From assembly GCA_039545335.1 (NCBI GenBank), contig BCIN01000008.1:383528-447527 (forward strand): a stretch of 64,000 nucleotides of DNA, given 5' to 3'. The notes beneath the pieces are model-generated. The model was not told where the DNA came from and made no database searches. It saw only the letters and a list, made by a program, of their open reading frames with translations. A program made the position numbers and the translations under genes. The stretch comes from Kondoa subrosea. Its lineage: Eukaryota. Shown piece by piece: positions 11,371 to 24,673 of this stretch; position 1 is the first letter of the stretch; each line of letters begins with the position of its first letter.

Positions 11371-14300
11371 ATGGAATCAGATCTGAAGGAAGAAGAGAAT
11401 CTAGGTGGCCTCTATGTCGCTCTGTATGCTTTGAGAGCTTCCATTCCTGCTCTCTCTATCGTTGTCTTTGCCTCCTACTACGCCTTGACTAAGCTGTTCA
11501 AGTCTTTCAAGAAACTTCAACGAAGTGCATACACTGCTATTGGTACTGAAGCACAAAGCACTCTTCCATCTAACCCTTATGCATCAAGACCACCTCAAGC
11601 ACCTAAAGCCAAATCACCGATCATCCCTGTTGTTGTACAATTCAAGGAGAAGAGAAGCAATCTGATACTAGCGCTCTTTGGTCTAATTGCTGTATCGTAT
11701 CTTATTGCGGATGGAGCAGTCATTGTTACAAGAGCGATCCTTTCCAATGCATGGGAACCGGAACTCAAGCTGTATCGATTACAAACCTTCTACCTATCAA
11801 CAGGCTTCGTCTTTGGGTTAACAGCCATTATGTTGGCTCATGATAGGGAAGAAGGGAAACAGAAAGGTGCATGGAAATCTTCTTTCCCAGCAACGATGGT
11901 CGTCCTGGTCTTTGCAGCCGAGACAGCTTTATTAGGCGTGCTTGGTACAGCTGTTCGAGCAAGACATAGAAGTCCTCATCATCATAAAGTGTCTCCATAC
12001 GATATCGCACATTTTTCTATCCTTGGCGTACGGATCCTACTTCTTCTTCAATTAGCTTTATCCTTTTCTCCCTTATTTCAGCAAAGTCGATTTCTCAAGG
12101 CCAAAGATGCAGCAGCATATGGTACTTTCGAGAACGGTACTACTACGCCCGAAGAACAAGCCGCCAAGAAGCCAGCTAGTGGAGATCCGACTGTCCCTAC
12201 ACCTGCTCCGCCAGTATCGTTTGCAACATTGGTATCTAGAGTCAAAGTTCTAGCGCCCTATCTTTGGCCTGCTAAATCTCGTATACTACAAGCTGTGGCC
12301 GGTCAGTCTTCCTAATTATCGTGATAAGTATGCGTCTGATATGTTCAAATCAGTGCTCTGTTTCATTATTTTGGGATTGGGTCGAGTTATCAATGTTGGC
12401 GTACCCCTTTTCCTTGGATACACAGTTGGAGCATTGGCGGATGGAAGATCACCATGGACGTACTTGTTTGGCTATATAGCTTTGAGATTCATGCAAGGCA
12501 GTGGTGGTATATTGACTGTTCTTCGTCCGTCATCTTTACAACGGATAACCCGAGGATCAAGCTAAGATTTAATGTTAGAACAAAATCTGTGGATCCCCAT
12601 CGCGCAGTATTCTGATAGAGAGTCAGTAACATCTTCATTTCGTCGTCTGCTTGTTGCTGAGAACGATATTGATTGGCAGAATCACTCTCATGACTTTCAA
12701 TCATCTGCTCAATCTCTCAATGCAATATCATGTATGAAGAAAATCGCGCTGTGCTTCCTGTTAGCTAAGATGATTTTCAATATCATAGAACCGCAGAAAG
12801 ACGGGTGAAGTCTTGCGGGCTTTGGATCGAGGCAGTGAGTCTTGTTGCAAGGCTGTAGACCATAATTGACTCTTAGTATAAGGTGCAATCAATACCGTAC
12901 GTCTCTGATCATACATAAGGGAAGGCGCCTGACTCGAATTCTGCGCAGTTCTTCCAAATGTATGGTAGCATAAATATACCTGCAATTCAACGCAAAGCTG
13001 ATTTCTCCTTCTAGGCTGCTCTTCCAGATCTTCCCAATCTTTGCAGATATTTCAGCAGCGGTCATCATTTTCTTCTTCCAGTTTGGTTTCTTGCTATCGA
13101 TCGTCGTCTTTGCTGTATTATTCTTCTATGTGGTCGCGAGCGTGGTCTTGACTAAACGAAGAGTTGCCCTTAGAAGAGCTATGAATGATTCGGATAAGTT
13201 CTGCAGAGGTATACATACGTAAGACTTATACTGACTGCCAGCGCGGGAAGATTCTGACAATGTGATTAGTGATGCTTTGATCTCGGTCGGTGAGTAATGC
13301 CAATTTCCTTCGACCCTTGCCATCGAAGCTGAAGCTACATGTAGAAACTGTCAAGTGTCAGTTCGATATTGCCCCGCTCGCTCGAAGAGTGACTAATTCT
13401 GTTTGTAGATTTCACCGCGGAAGATTGGGAAAGTCAGCGCTATCGCGAAGCTATGCAAGATTAGTATGTTGGACCTTGGCTATCAGTCTGTTCCTATCTG
13501 ACTAGCCTTCGCAGCCAAAAGAAGGAACTGCGTGTCATGATGTCGCTCAGCGTGCTCAATCTCACGCAGAACTTGATCATCTCAGGTAAGCTTTCTTGTA
13601 TTAGTTGAATTAGGACTGGACGCATGCGATCTAAAGTCGGAATGCTTGTCGGAACTCTGATTATCAGCTGGCAAGTCGTCAATGGCAAATCTAGCGTTTC
13701 GCAATTTGTCACCTTCGTTGCATATCTGCAGCAGGTCAGTACAATCTCTACTTGAAACTTGTGAAAGCCAAAGCTCATGATTTCGTCGCAGCTATACGTA
13801 TGTCGGCTTGTCTCGAGTATCTGACACTGCTAATTCGGATCTTAAATACGTAGGGGCCGTTAGTGCAACGATCTACTATACCGCTGGGCAATCAGCTAAT
13901 CGCTTTCCCTTGCGAATAGGCTGAATTCATTGGGCACACTTTATCGAGTTAGTAAGTAATATAGCGCACAAGTTCTGCACCAGCTGATTCACTGATGCCC
14001 GCCCAGTCAACCAGAACTTGATTGATGTTAGTCTACAATATAGCATTCCAGCATTTTGCTGATCCTAAAGTGATTCTGGCATGGCAGACCGAACAACTCA
14101 TGAATCTCCTTAATGAAGATGCAGAAGTCAAAGACCGCGAAAATGCGTCGGAACTGTTGACATCGAAAGGAGAAGTCGAGTTCCGCAATGTTTCCTTCTC
14201 TTACAACGGCGGCAAGTCTTTCGCTTTGAAGGATGTAAGCTTCAAGATTCCAGCTGGCGCATCAGCTGCGTTTGTTGGACCTTCAGGATCAGGTAGACTC

Positions 14301-15403
14301 ATTCACTTCGTGTAGAAAGTCAGAGCTGACGCAGTTTCCAGGCAAATCAACTATCATGCGATTAATTTTCAGATTTTACGATGTTACCGAAGGACAGATA
14401 CTCATCGATGGCGTCGATGTGCGAGATTTGACACAGAAGAGTCTGCGCCGACAAATAGGTGTCATACCGCAGGATTCAAGTGAGCCATTTATTGTCGAAT
14501 TTGTTGATCGAGCTGAAGAGCTTTGACAGTACTTTTGTGCGTTCCTTGTCCCACGTATGCAGTTCCTACTTACGCCTATATAGCAACGAATCCATCGGCT
14601 ATAACCTAGCTTATTCCAAACCTGGCAGCTCAAAAGAAGAAATCACAGAAGCTGCTAAACTTGCTCAGATGCACGATCGGATCTTGACTTTCCCTGGACA
14701 GTACGATACCATGGTAGGTGAACGAGGAGTACGATTGAGCGGAGGCGAAAAACAAAGAGTTTCTATCGCGAGAGCTATTTTGAAGAATCCTTCGATATTG
14801 CTGTTGTATGTCCAGAGATCTATTAGCGATTCTGTGTTATGCTCATGAACGGAATAGAGACGAAGCAACCTCAGCTTTGGGTAAACGGGAAGAGTGTCGC
14901 TAGAGTTAATTATACTGATACTCGATGATAGATACGACAACTGAAAGACTGATACAAGAGGCTCTCAACGGCTTACAGAAAGGAGTAAGCTCCATGATAC
15001 GTTTGCTTTCTTCAACTAACGATATTACAGCGTACATCTTTGGCGATAGCTCATCGATTATCAACAAGTAAGCAATCTGTTCGAAAATTAATTTCCTACT
15101 CATGTATGCTCTGCAGTCGTGTCCTCGGATATCGTACGCAATCTACCTCACTAAGTACCAAGACGCTGAAGCCTGTGCAACAGATCTTCGTACTAGAGGA
15201 AGGCAGTATCAAGGAAGAAGGATCGTTCAAGACTTTGAGTCAAAAGGAAGAAGGTCTGTTCAAGCAACTCTGGCAGAAGCAGATACAGTGAGTGTCTCCA
15301 CCTCTTCCGGGCAAGGACTGAACGACTTGCCAGGAGCGAGAACGAATCTGTACAAGAAGCAGAAGCATTGGCGAAAGATGGGCCGGATAAGAAGGATGCA
15401 TAG
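11371..15403 (+). CDS. HMT1: ABCB half-transporter, HMT1/ABCB6-like (heavy-metal tolerance)
   Basis: N-terminal TM extension, [22 protein letters not shown], Walker A GPSGSGKST, signature LSGGEKQRV, Walker B LLLDEATSALD, IAHRLST. Stop at 15401-15403. Confidence 0.88.
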
Positions 15404-15476
15404 TACTTACGTAACTGTATTCGCAATATATCTCTCTGGACCACTAATCCTGCCGCGGAGCTGAGATCCTTCTTCG

Positions 15477-15514
15477 ACTCCCGAACTTAACTTAATTAAG
15501 TTATGTTCTCGAGT
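15477..15514. promoter_or_regulatory. Imperfect inverted repeat with a perfect 16-bp palindromic core upstream of RPL17
   Basis: TAACTTAATTAAGTTA at 15488-15503, extended by GAAC/GTTC and ACTC/GAGT arms. Function is inferred only from position. Confidence 0.4.
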
Positions 15515-15577
15515 AAATCCTTTGAAGGGATTTTTTGTCAAGAGCTCTCGCCTCGAACTCTATACCCCTGAATCAAC

Positions 15578-16609
15578 ATGGCAAGCGCCCTTCTCATACC
15601 CGCACACTGTAGAATTGAAGAGCTGAGACTATGCTTTGTCCAAATTGACAGGTTTATTCGAGTTCTCTGTTGAAGCGAGGTGATGACCGAAGGTGAGGCT
15701 CAGCACTGTCAAGAGCCGTCTGGGCATCATGCTGATACGTTTTGCGAAGGAAATACGGCATTGCCAAGGGCGTTAGTCAAGACTTCCAATTGGAGCGGAA
15801 TACCAGGCTGACATTTTTGCTAATTTGCAGGAGCACCTTAGAACTCATTACAGTCAGTCAACAGCTTGCCCAACAGAATCGTATACTTACACAGCAACTG
15901 CAATCTATAGAGAACATGAGGTTAGCAATAGATGTGTGGGCAATAGGATGTTGGCTAAACAAGGACTGTGAACAGGGAAACCGCTGCTGCTGTTGTTGGC
16001 ATGCCAGCTGCCAAGGCTGTCCGATACCTCAAGGATGTTGAAGAGCACAAGCAATGCGTTCCTTTCCGTCGCCGTGAGTTTTGGAGAACTGGATAGTAAG
16101 GAGTGTACTCAAGCGACGCAATTTAGACAACGGTGGTGTTGGACGAACTGCTCAAGCAAAGGCTTTCAAGGCTACTCAAGGTCAGCAACCATCGTAAAGG
16201 GAAATTGGAAGAGAATTTATGCTGAGTACAATTTGGTGAAAACAGGTCGATGGCCCGCCAAGTCTGCTAAATTCCTTCTCAACCTGATCGTCAACGCTCA
16301 ATCCAACGCTGCCGCCAACGACCTCGATGTTGAAGAACTAGTCATCAAGCAATGCATTGTTCAACAAGCACCAAACACCCACAGACGTACTTACCGTGCT
16401 CACGGTAGAATCAACCCTTACAAGGTCAGCGAAGGCTGTCTCCAAGCTTAGTTTAGCACTAATCTAGAGAACATTCGTTTTGACAGGGATCTCCATGCCA
16501 CATTGAACTCATCCTCGCAGCAAAAGGCGCCGAAGTGCCAAAAGCAAAAGAATCCAACTCTGGAGCTTTGACAGTACAGGAAGATGGTCAGATTCAAGAG
16601 CTTGAATAG
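15578..16609 (+). CDS. RPL17: 60S ribosomal protein L17 (uL22)
   Basis: Spliced GEHLRTHYKNMRETAAAV...HKQCVPFRR...[14 protein letters not shown]...[22 protein letters not shown]. Confidence 0.95.
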
Positions 16610-17416
16610 AGGTTCAACGATTCCTTGCATTTTTGATTCTGGAGTATACACACTTTTGTCGCAACGGTATCTTTACTCTGATACACCTTCATCCCTCCCT
16701 GGCTATACCACAACTTTTTAATACCCTGTTCTGATTTCCACTCTGCTCTCTGTCGACTTTCGAACTCATCTTATCGGTCTGTGCCATCTAATTCACTTTT
16801 CTACTGTTCTCGCCCTTTCTTCTGGTTCTGCTCATCACAGCGCTAGATTGCCTCGTATTCTCACTATCATGGCTTACCTCTTCAGAGCCTTGGCTAGATT
16901 TATCACCCTATCCCTTAAAGTTTTGAAGAGGTACTGAAACATGTCTATCAAAGCCTTGTCTCAGCTTTTGGCGTGCTAGAACATTCCATTCTAGCTGCTG
17001 AGATGGTCCATTTCGTTCATCGGTACGCGGTGAGCATCTGTGAGTGCGAGGCAATTGCACGGCGTCATCTGTTTAGCTTGGCTCGGCAGATAGTCAGTCA
17101 TGAACGTAATGATCTATAGTACCAATGTTATGCACTAATACTGTAGCGTACGATTTTTCAGTTGACTTTGTGACATTGGCATTCGATATACGAAAAGCGG
17201 GATTGTTGAAATTTCGCTAAGTCGGACTCGCAGAGCATCGACCAAACAAGCTCGTCCTTTGTCGCGTTCTGTGGCTCGTCAGCGCGCTGTATCCCACACT
17301 CTCCTTTGGCTGTGCTCACACTAGCGTCAAGACACGCAGCTTTCCGGTCCTTCGAAGCAATCATACAAGTTTAAGAATTTATCGGAAACCTCTTCCACAG
17401 GCATAGATAGCAGAAA

Positions 17417-20400
17417 ATGAGCTCTAGCAAGCCTCGAGACCTCTCTCTTCCTTCTTCGCGACCATCTGTAGCTCCTCCAGCTGCAGTTGACTTTGCAGAC
17501 ATCACCCCTAAAGAAGAGCGATCCAGCTTTCAAGGCATTGCCAATCCTACGCTCAGAAACGTCAATTCGCTCGAGCTCGACTTTGGTGACATCCCAAGCG
17601 GTATCGTTACACCCCAACCAGGTCAGAAAACTCGACCTCCACTCAACGCAGCTAGTTTTGCTGCTATCTCTACACCTGAGCAAGACTCTGCCAGAGTGAA
17701 AAGGAGTGGCACAGTGACTCGCAAACAGTTCGATCTAGCTTCCTCCTCAACCTCTTCTTCGACTGTAGCAAGTGACGACTCTTCCGACGAAACTGAAGGC
17801 AACGAAGGTGATACCGAACGCGATCAAAGAATGTCAAACATGAGACGAGGTGATTCTTCAGAGACGTCTACTCTCCGACATTTCCCTCACAAAGTTGATA
17901 CCGTCAATGTTGATCATGATGAGAGGCCACAAATTTCAGCGTCAAGTCGAACTTCTTCAACTGCACGTCATCAATTCCCACCTGGAGAAAGTAGCGATTC
18001 CCTTTCTGCTGATTTCAGATCTAATTTCTTACATTCTCGTTACTCTTCAACCGATTCTTTACCTCATTTTGGTCGAACTAATTCAAACCATGATTCGCAC
18101 CATATGCGATCTCATTTCGCTTCCACTAAACCTTTCCCTACACCTGGTTTAAAGAATGTAGATCCTTTTGCTAGTGCGGAATACAAATCGATTGAAGAAA
18201 TCAGATTGCAAGAAGATGGTGAAAAGAAACGTCATTGGAAACGTTGGGGTCCTTATGTATCAGAAAGACAATGGGCAACCGTTCGAGAAGATTATTCTGC
18301 TAATGGTGATGCTTGGACTCATTTCCCTCACGATCAAGCGAGATCAAGAACTTATCGTTGGGGTGAAGATGGTTTAGGTGGAATTAGTGATAATCATCAA
18401 AGGTTGTGCTTTAGTATCGCTCTGTGGAATGAGAAGGATCCGATCTTGAAGGAGCGTATGTTTGGTGTTACTGGTCATCAAGGTGAGTTGGATGCTTCAG
18501 AATTGGCCTCTAGACCTTAATTGGATGTCTTCTGGTCACAGGAAATCACGGTGAAGATTGCAAAGAAATCTACTACTATCTCGACTCCACTCCTACGCAC
18601 TCTTACATGAAATACCTCTACAAATATCCCCAGGCTGAATATCCATACGAAAGATTGGTTCGCGAATCTGGTCAAAGAAGTCGTGATGTCACCGAATTTG
18701 AGATCACGGATACAGATGTGTTTGATGAGGATAGATATTGGGACATTTTCGTCGAGGTCAGCAAGTGTCCTCCTCGAATTTGTCATAGTCTGATACGAGT
18801 GGTTTCGCCGACAGTACGCCAAAGATGATGACAACCCAGATGGAGTCTCTATCCGGATCACTGCCTACAATCGTGGACCAGAACCAGCTACTTTACACAT
18901 TATTCCTCAAATTTGGTTCCGCAACACTTGGTCATGGCCAAAAGAGAAGCCAACCGGCAGAGCTATGCCTTCTATGAAAGCCATTGACGACTCAACTATT
19001 CAAATAGATCATGAAACTCTTGGCCGATACTATTTGCATATTTGCGATTCGCCGGCACCTGTTGGACCTATTTCTCGACGTGAACCAGTTCCGGAAACCG
19101 AAACTTCAGTCGCGCCTGAGCTCCTCTTCTGCGATAACGATACCAACTTGCAACGTCTGTACGGTGCTGAAAACAAGTCTCAATATGTCAAAGATGCTTT
19201 CCATGACCACATCATTCCTTCTCATCGTCCTCCTCTTCCCAAAGTAGAAACAAATGGTACTAATGGAACCAATGGAACTCATTCATCAGACTCCGAATCA
19301 AGTGATACCGAAGAGGAAAGACCATCATCTGAAGGATCAACTCCTCGTGCTCAAACGCCAACAGCCGATACCCGGACTTTCGTCAACCCAGACAGAAAAG
19401 GTACTAAAGGTGCTGCTCACTTCACTTTTGAGAACGTTCCAGGAAATGGTGGCTGTGCTGTTGTTCGATGCAAGCTTACACCAAAACAAGAAGACGAAGC
19501 GGTTCAAGATGAAGAGATCTTTGATTCTGTTTTGGATGATCGAAGGACGGATGCAGACGAATTCTATGCTAGATTCAATAGTCATGCGCTTACGGATGAT
19601 TTGAGGAATATTATGCGACAAGCTTTAGCGGGCATGCTGTGGTGCGTTCAGATGACTGCCTCGTATCATATGTACTGATATACGTGTGTCTCTTTGTGCA
19701 CAGGAGCAAGCAGTTCTACATGTTCATCCAAAAAGAATGGATTGAAGGTGATCCAGGTCAAATTCCACCTCCACCAGAGCGCAAGAACATCCGAAATGCT
19801 GATTGGCGGCACTTGCACATTGATAATGTGCTGTCTATGCCTGATAAATGGGAATATCCCTTCTTCGCAAGTACGTGAATGAGTTTGGGTTAGCGACTTA
19901 TCGCTTACCGCATTTTTCATTGCATGTACAGTTTGGGACACTGGTAAGTTGAACTCGATCATTGCTCGTCTCTCGCTGATATGTGCTTAGCTTTCCACTG
20001 CATTCCTCTTGCTATGATCGATCCCGCCTTTGCCAAGAATCAGCTCGAGCTTATGACTCGTGAATGGTATATGAAGCCAGATGGAGCTTTCCCGGCTTAC
20101 GAATGGAATTTCAACGGTATGTCAATGCCCGTACTTTCGAGCGATTGATCTAATGCGATGTTGTGCCGTGCAGATGTCAATCCACCTGTTCATGCTTGGG
20201 CGACTTTCAGAGTCTTCAAGATCGAGCGAAAGATGCATGGCAAAGAAGATTTGAAGTTCCTTGAACGGGTCTTCCAAAAATTGCTCATCAACTATACTTG
20301 GTGGTCAAACAGGAAAGATTCTGGAGGTATTGGTGTTTTCGAAGGAGGTTTCCTCGGTTTGGACAACATTGGTCTCTTTAATCGATCGGAAGCACTACCT

Positions 20401-22008
20401 ACTGGAGGTGTGCTTCGCCAGGCTGATGGTACCGCTTGGATGGCCTTCTATGTGAGCACAATTGTATTGGAGGAGGATTTAACCTAATCAATACTCTTAG
20501 TGCCTGAACATGTTGAATATGGCACTAGAATTAGCCAAACACAACGATGTTTACGAAGACATCGCTTCCAAATTCTTCGAACACTTCTTGTTCATCTCCG
20601 ATGCTATGACCTACAAGTCTGGTGAAGCCAAACAAAGTCTATGGAACGAAGAAGATGGCTTCTATTACGATGCGATAGATTGGGGTTGGGGACACACGAA
20701 ACAGCTTCCCGTCCGCTCACTGGTCGGTTTGATTCCTCTTTACGCCACTCTTACACTTGAACCTGGCACGATCAAACGATTCCCTGGTTTCAAGAAGCGT
20801 ATGGACTGGTTTATCAAAAATAGATCAGAAATTTCTGACAGAAACATTGCCAATATGTCTAGTTAGTCATTGACATATTCTAGCACTCGAGCAGAATCTT
20901 ACGGTAAATGTAGATCCTGGTAAAGCTGAGCGTCGACTACTTGCTTTGGTCAACGAAGATCGTCTACGACGCATCCTTGGTCGAATGCTGAACGAAAAGG
21001 AATTCTTGAGTGACTTTGGTATTCGTTCGCTGTCGAGAGAACATCTCGAACACCCATACTCGATGGATGTCAACGGTGAACAATTCTCTGTCAACTACTG
21101 GCCAGGAGATTCGAAGAGCGGAATGTTTGGCGGCAACTCGAATTGGAGAGGTCCGATTTGGCTAGCCACTACTGCTTTGTTGATCGAAGTGAGGTTTCTC
21201 TCTGTTGCTGTGCCGTAGTGTACTGATAACAGTATCGATGGCTCACAGTCCCTTCAACGGTTCCATCAATACTTTGGTCCTGATTTCCAGATCGAATGCC
21301 CAACCGGAAGTGGTGAAATGATGACTCTCGCTGGAGTAGCAGAAGAAATTCAGCATCGCATCATCCACATCTTCGCTCGAGACGAAACAGGTGCTCGAGC
21401 TACTAATGGCGGTTCGCAATTGTTGGACCGAGATCCTAACTTTAGAGAATACGTCGTACGTGCAAGAATGTAACAGTCGGTCCTCTCATTGCTGACGATC
21501 TCCGCAGAATTTCTACGAGTTCTTCCATGCTGATAACGTAAGTCCGGGTGATACGCATCGATTTGCACAATTTAATCGGAAGACAACAGGGCAAGGGTCT
21601 CGGCGCATCTCACCAGAGTAGGTCGCCCTTTGCCATAATGTTTAAGGAAATGATACTCACCGCTCGCTGCAGCTGGTTGGACTGGTTGGGTCGCTTATGC
21701 TATCTGGTCATCGGGACACAGCGCTCGTTTGCCAAGAACACCGAGAACACCTCGTTCTTCAGCTAGTCACTACTTCATGGAGACGGTTCGTCTAGTTCTC
21801 TCACACTTTGGGGCTAGCATCTGAACCTCTGACTCTTGGCTTGCAGGTTCCTCCGACACCCGCACTTTCTTCTGCTGGAAGTGATGGAGGAGATTACCTC
21901 TCCGGTTTCGAGACTGGCTCCGGTACTGAAATGGAACCTGACGAATTGGTAAGTCATCAGTTCCTTGTTCTTTTTAACATGCGCTAACAAGATACATTTT
22001 CCCAGTAA
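17417..22008 (+). CDS. Glycoside hydrolase family 63-like protein (yeast YMR196W-like) with a long disordered N-terminus
   Basis: [78 protein letters not shown]. Confidence 0.9.
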
Positions 22009-22297
22009 ATTTTGCAGAACATCAAGGCCTGCTTTTCATCTAGATGCATTGAGCTAGAACTCTAGATAAAATAGAATTGAGCTGAGCTCGGCACAAAAAC
22101 GGATTAATTTTACTTTTTTCATTCCTTTAGATGCGTAATCTGTACATAGACTTCTACTGCATATCTTCACAATCAGCAAGGTCCTTTTGCTTTGTCTTTT
22201 ACCTTTGCCATTTTTCTATGACATCAGAGACACGACCTTTGGGCAATTTCGCCCTTCACCTTTTTCTTCAAACCATATTCTCGAGCATCCACATACA

Positions 22298-23687
22298 ATG
22301 TCCGTAGAAGCTAGAACAGTCAGTCACTGTTATGTGCGATGGAAATGAGGTCTGATGAGGATTAATAGGTCAAAATTACTGGCCTTAGTGCTACAACGTG
22401 AATTGCCCCTTCGTTTGTGGTGTAACGGTCACGCTGAAACGCTGCATATAGCACTAAAGAAGGTCTCTCAGCTTTCTTAGGTAGGTCTCTGTGCAATTGC
22501 AGCTGGAATAAGACGTTTTCTTATCCTGGTTTAAAGGTTTCTGTGGAAGCATAGAACGTGGGCATTTCATCCAATTTAAACACTCGGCATGGGTCTCATC
22601 GTCTTATGGACAGATATCCAGCTTGAAGGCACTTCCGGAGAAGTCACTTTCGCTAAGGAAAGCGGTATGTCAAGAGTCTTTTTTGCAGCCTTTCGTGCCG
22701 ACTTTTCTATACAGCTGCAAAGACGGCCGAACTCCTGTCAGGAGGAAGTTTGGATGGCAGCACGCTTTCAATCGAAAGCACCGCTTCTTCTGCTGCTCAC
22801 TCTCACGATGACGATCACCATGAAGGATCAGATATCGCTCAAGAACACAAACCCAGAAGTGCTGTTATTGCTGAAATCTTGTCGCAAGGTTATGTGCTAG
22901 GAGATTTGGCAATTGAAAAAGCTATTGCTCTTGATCGTGCGTTAATTTGTCGAATTGATGCATAATGTATGCTAAATTCATGGATTCCGTACAGAATCCT
23001 ATGGTGTATGTATGCCGCTGTCTATAAGTGAACGCATTCTCAAAATCATCACAGATCTCCGCTCGCTTCCTCAAATTCTTCAAGCCTCTGTCAGAACAAG
23101 TCACTACCAAAGCTACTGAATTGGATCAAACGCATCACATTTCCGAGAAGGCTGTCAATGCTGCTAATACTACCGATGCCAAGCTCGGCGTAAAAGAGTG
23201 CGTACTGAAGTACAGAATATCAGTTTTATCTGATATCTTGCTCTTGGTAATCGCACAGAAACGTCAACAAGGCTACTCAGATCGGAAGACAATACTACTC
23301 TTCTGCTTTACAATCACCTGTTGGCGCTAAAGTTTCCCAATTCTATACTCGTACGCCTGTCAAGTGATTCTGTCCGCTCCTGCTGACTTAGAGCCATGAC
23401 TGTGACGTACAGAAACTACCAAGCAAGTTCTGGATGTTCACGAAGTGCGGTCATTATTACAGCATTATTTGGAACTACTAACGCTGTGTATTTTCAGGAA
23501 GCTCGCAGAATCGCCAACAGCAGGTGAGGACAAGTTGAACATCATCAGCCTAGTGCTGATACTGAAACGGTTGCCCCACAGAAAACCAGTCACTCTCGAG
23601 ACCCAGACTCCTGTTGCCCCTGCTACAAGCGGTGCTTCGACTCAAGCCGCTCCAGTCGCTTCCACTTCAGCTGGTGCCATGCAGTAG
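22298..23687 (+). CDS. Vip1-like RRM protein
   Basis: Spliced TVKITGLS...FLGFCGSI...VTFAKESAAKTAELLSGGSLDG...QEHKPRSAVIAEILSQGYVLGD...TTKQVLDVHEEARRIA resembles the S. pombe Vip1 family. Confidence 0.8.
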
Positions 23688-23818
23688 ATGAATGTTTCCG
23701 AGAGTAGAGTGTCTGTGTAGTATTATCGTGCAAATAAGCAAGAGGCAGAGAGAGCAAGAATGCAAAGTAATATATGATGTGTTTCCATTACTCTAGTACA
23801 ACACTGCTGCACACGATT

Positions 23819-24496
23819 TCATTTGGTCTTCTTTACATTCCTGCTCGACCTTCGTCTAACTTGTTCCGGTTTCACATTATCAGGTAAGAAATCATCATCC
23901 GCCGCTTGAGGTGCTTTCTTTTGCGCTTTGAGAGTTGCTGGTGATGGTGCATTGGCTAGACCTGAGTTGGCATTCGGTCGTCTGTTGCTCTTGTCAGCGC
24001 AGATACATCAGAAGTCAGTGGATGATACGAACAGGTCTATCTCTTCCAAAGCTCCGCGACCCTACGACGTGGGATTGAAATTAGCTTTGGATTAATGAGC
24101 GATCAAAAGGGAGAACGCACTTGCAACGAAACGCAATCCGGATGTTGCTCTTTCGGTACTACAGCAACATATGCTCAAAGAGGACCGAGAGGGAAGACAT
24201 TAGTCAAACGAACCTGCTATTTGTCGAACATTGGTCATGAACCCAGGAGCGCCTAACAGTCCAATAAATGAGCTCATGATGCGGCCATGTATATGGAGAG
24301 CGACGCACCTCTTCCATAACCTGATTTACTAGGTGGGTTGATATAAGTGAGCCAAATGTGTCGACCGAGTATTCCAAGAGGGAAGGAGATGACAATCAGA
24401 GGGATCCTGAGTAAGCCAAATCAGTCAATTCGGGAGATGTCATCTTTAAACACAAAGTCAGGCGGACAGAAGTTTGATATCTGATAAATCTGGCAT
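23819..24496 (-). CDS. Small single-pass membrane protein (absent from the ORF track)
   Basis: Hand-spliced MPDLSDIKLLIPLIVISFPLGILGYGRGAPGFMTNVRQIAVP...DDFLPDNVKPEQVRRRSSRNVKKTK*. Some internal junctions are uncertain. Confidence 0.5.
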
Positions 24497-24673
24497 TTTC
24501 CGAAAGAATCGCTGTTTGAAATCAAAACAAACTTTCAAGTTTCGCGAAAGAGATTTGGCGATGTAGCAAAAGAGAATGCATATAATCTAAAAGAAGCTGA
24601 TAGGTACAAGAGTGAAATTGTCTGGTTGACCGAAATCCCTGCGCACCAAAGAGTCGCAAATATCATCGCAGTC

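Noticed and set aside
15678..15745. Box C-like GTGATGA and a downstream CTGA in RPL17, suggesting a snoRNA
   Set aside because: The box C-like motif lies in coding exon 2 and the CTGA is the intron branch site.
16869..17100. Short ATG-initiated frame MAYLFRALARF upstream of the GH63-like gene
   Set aside because: Too short, with no convincing splice model or family.
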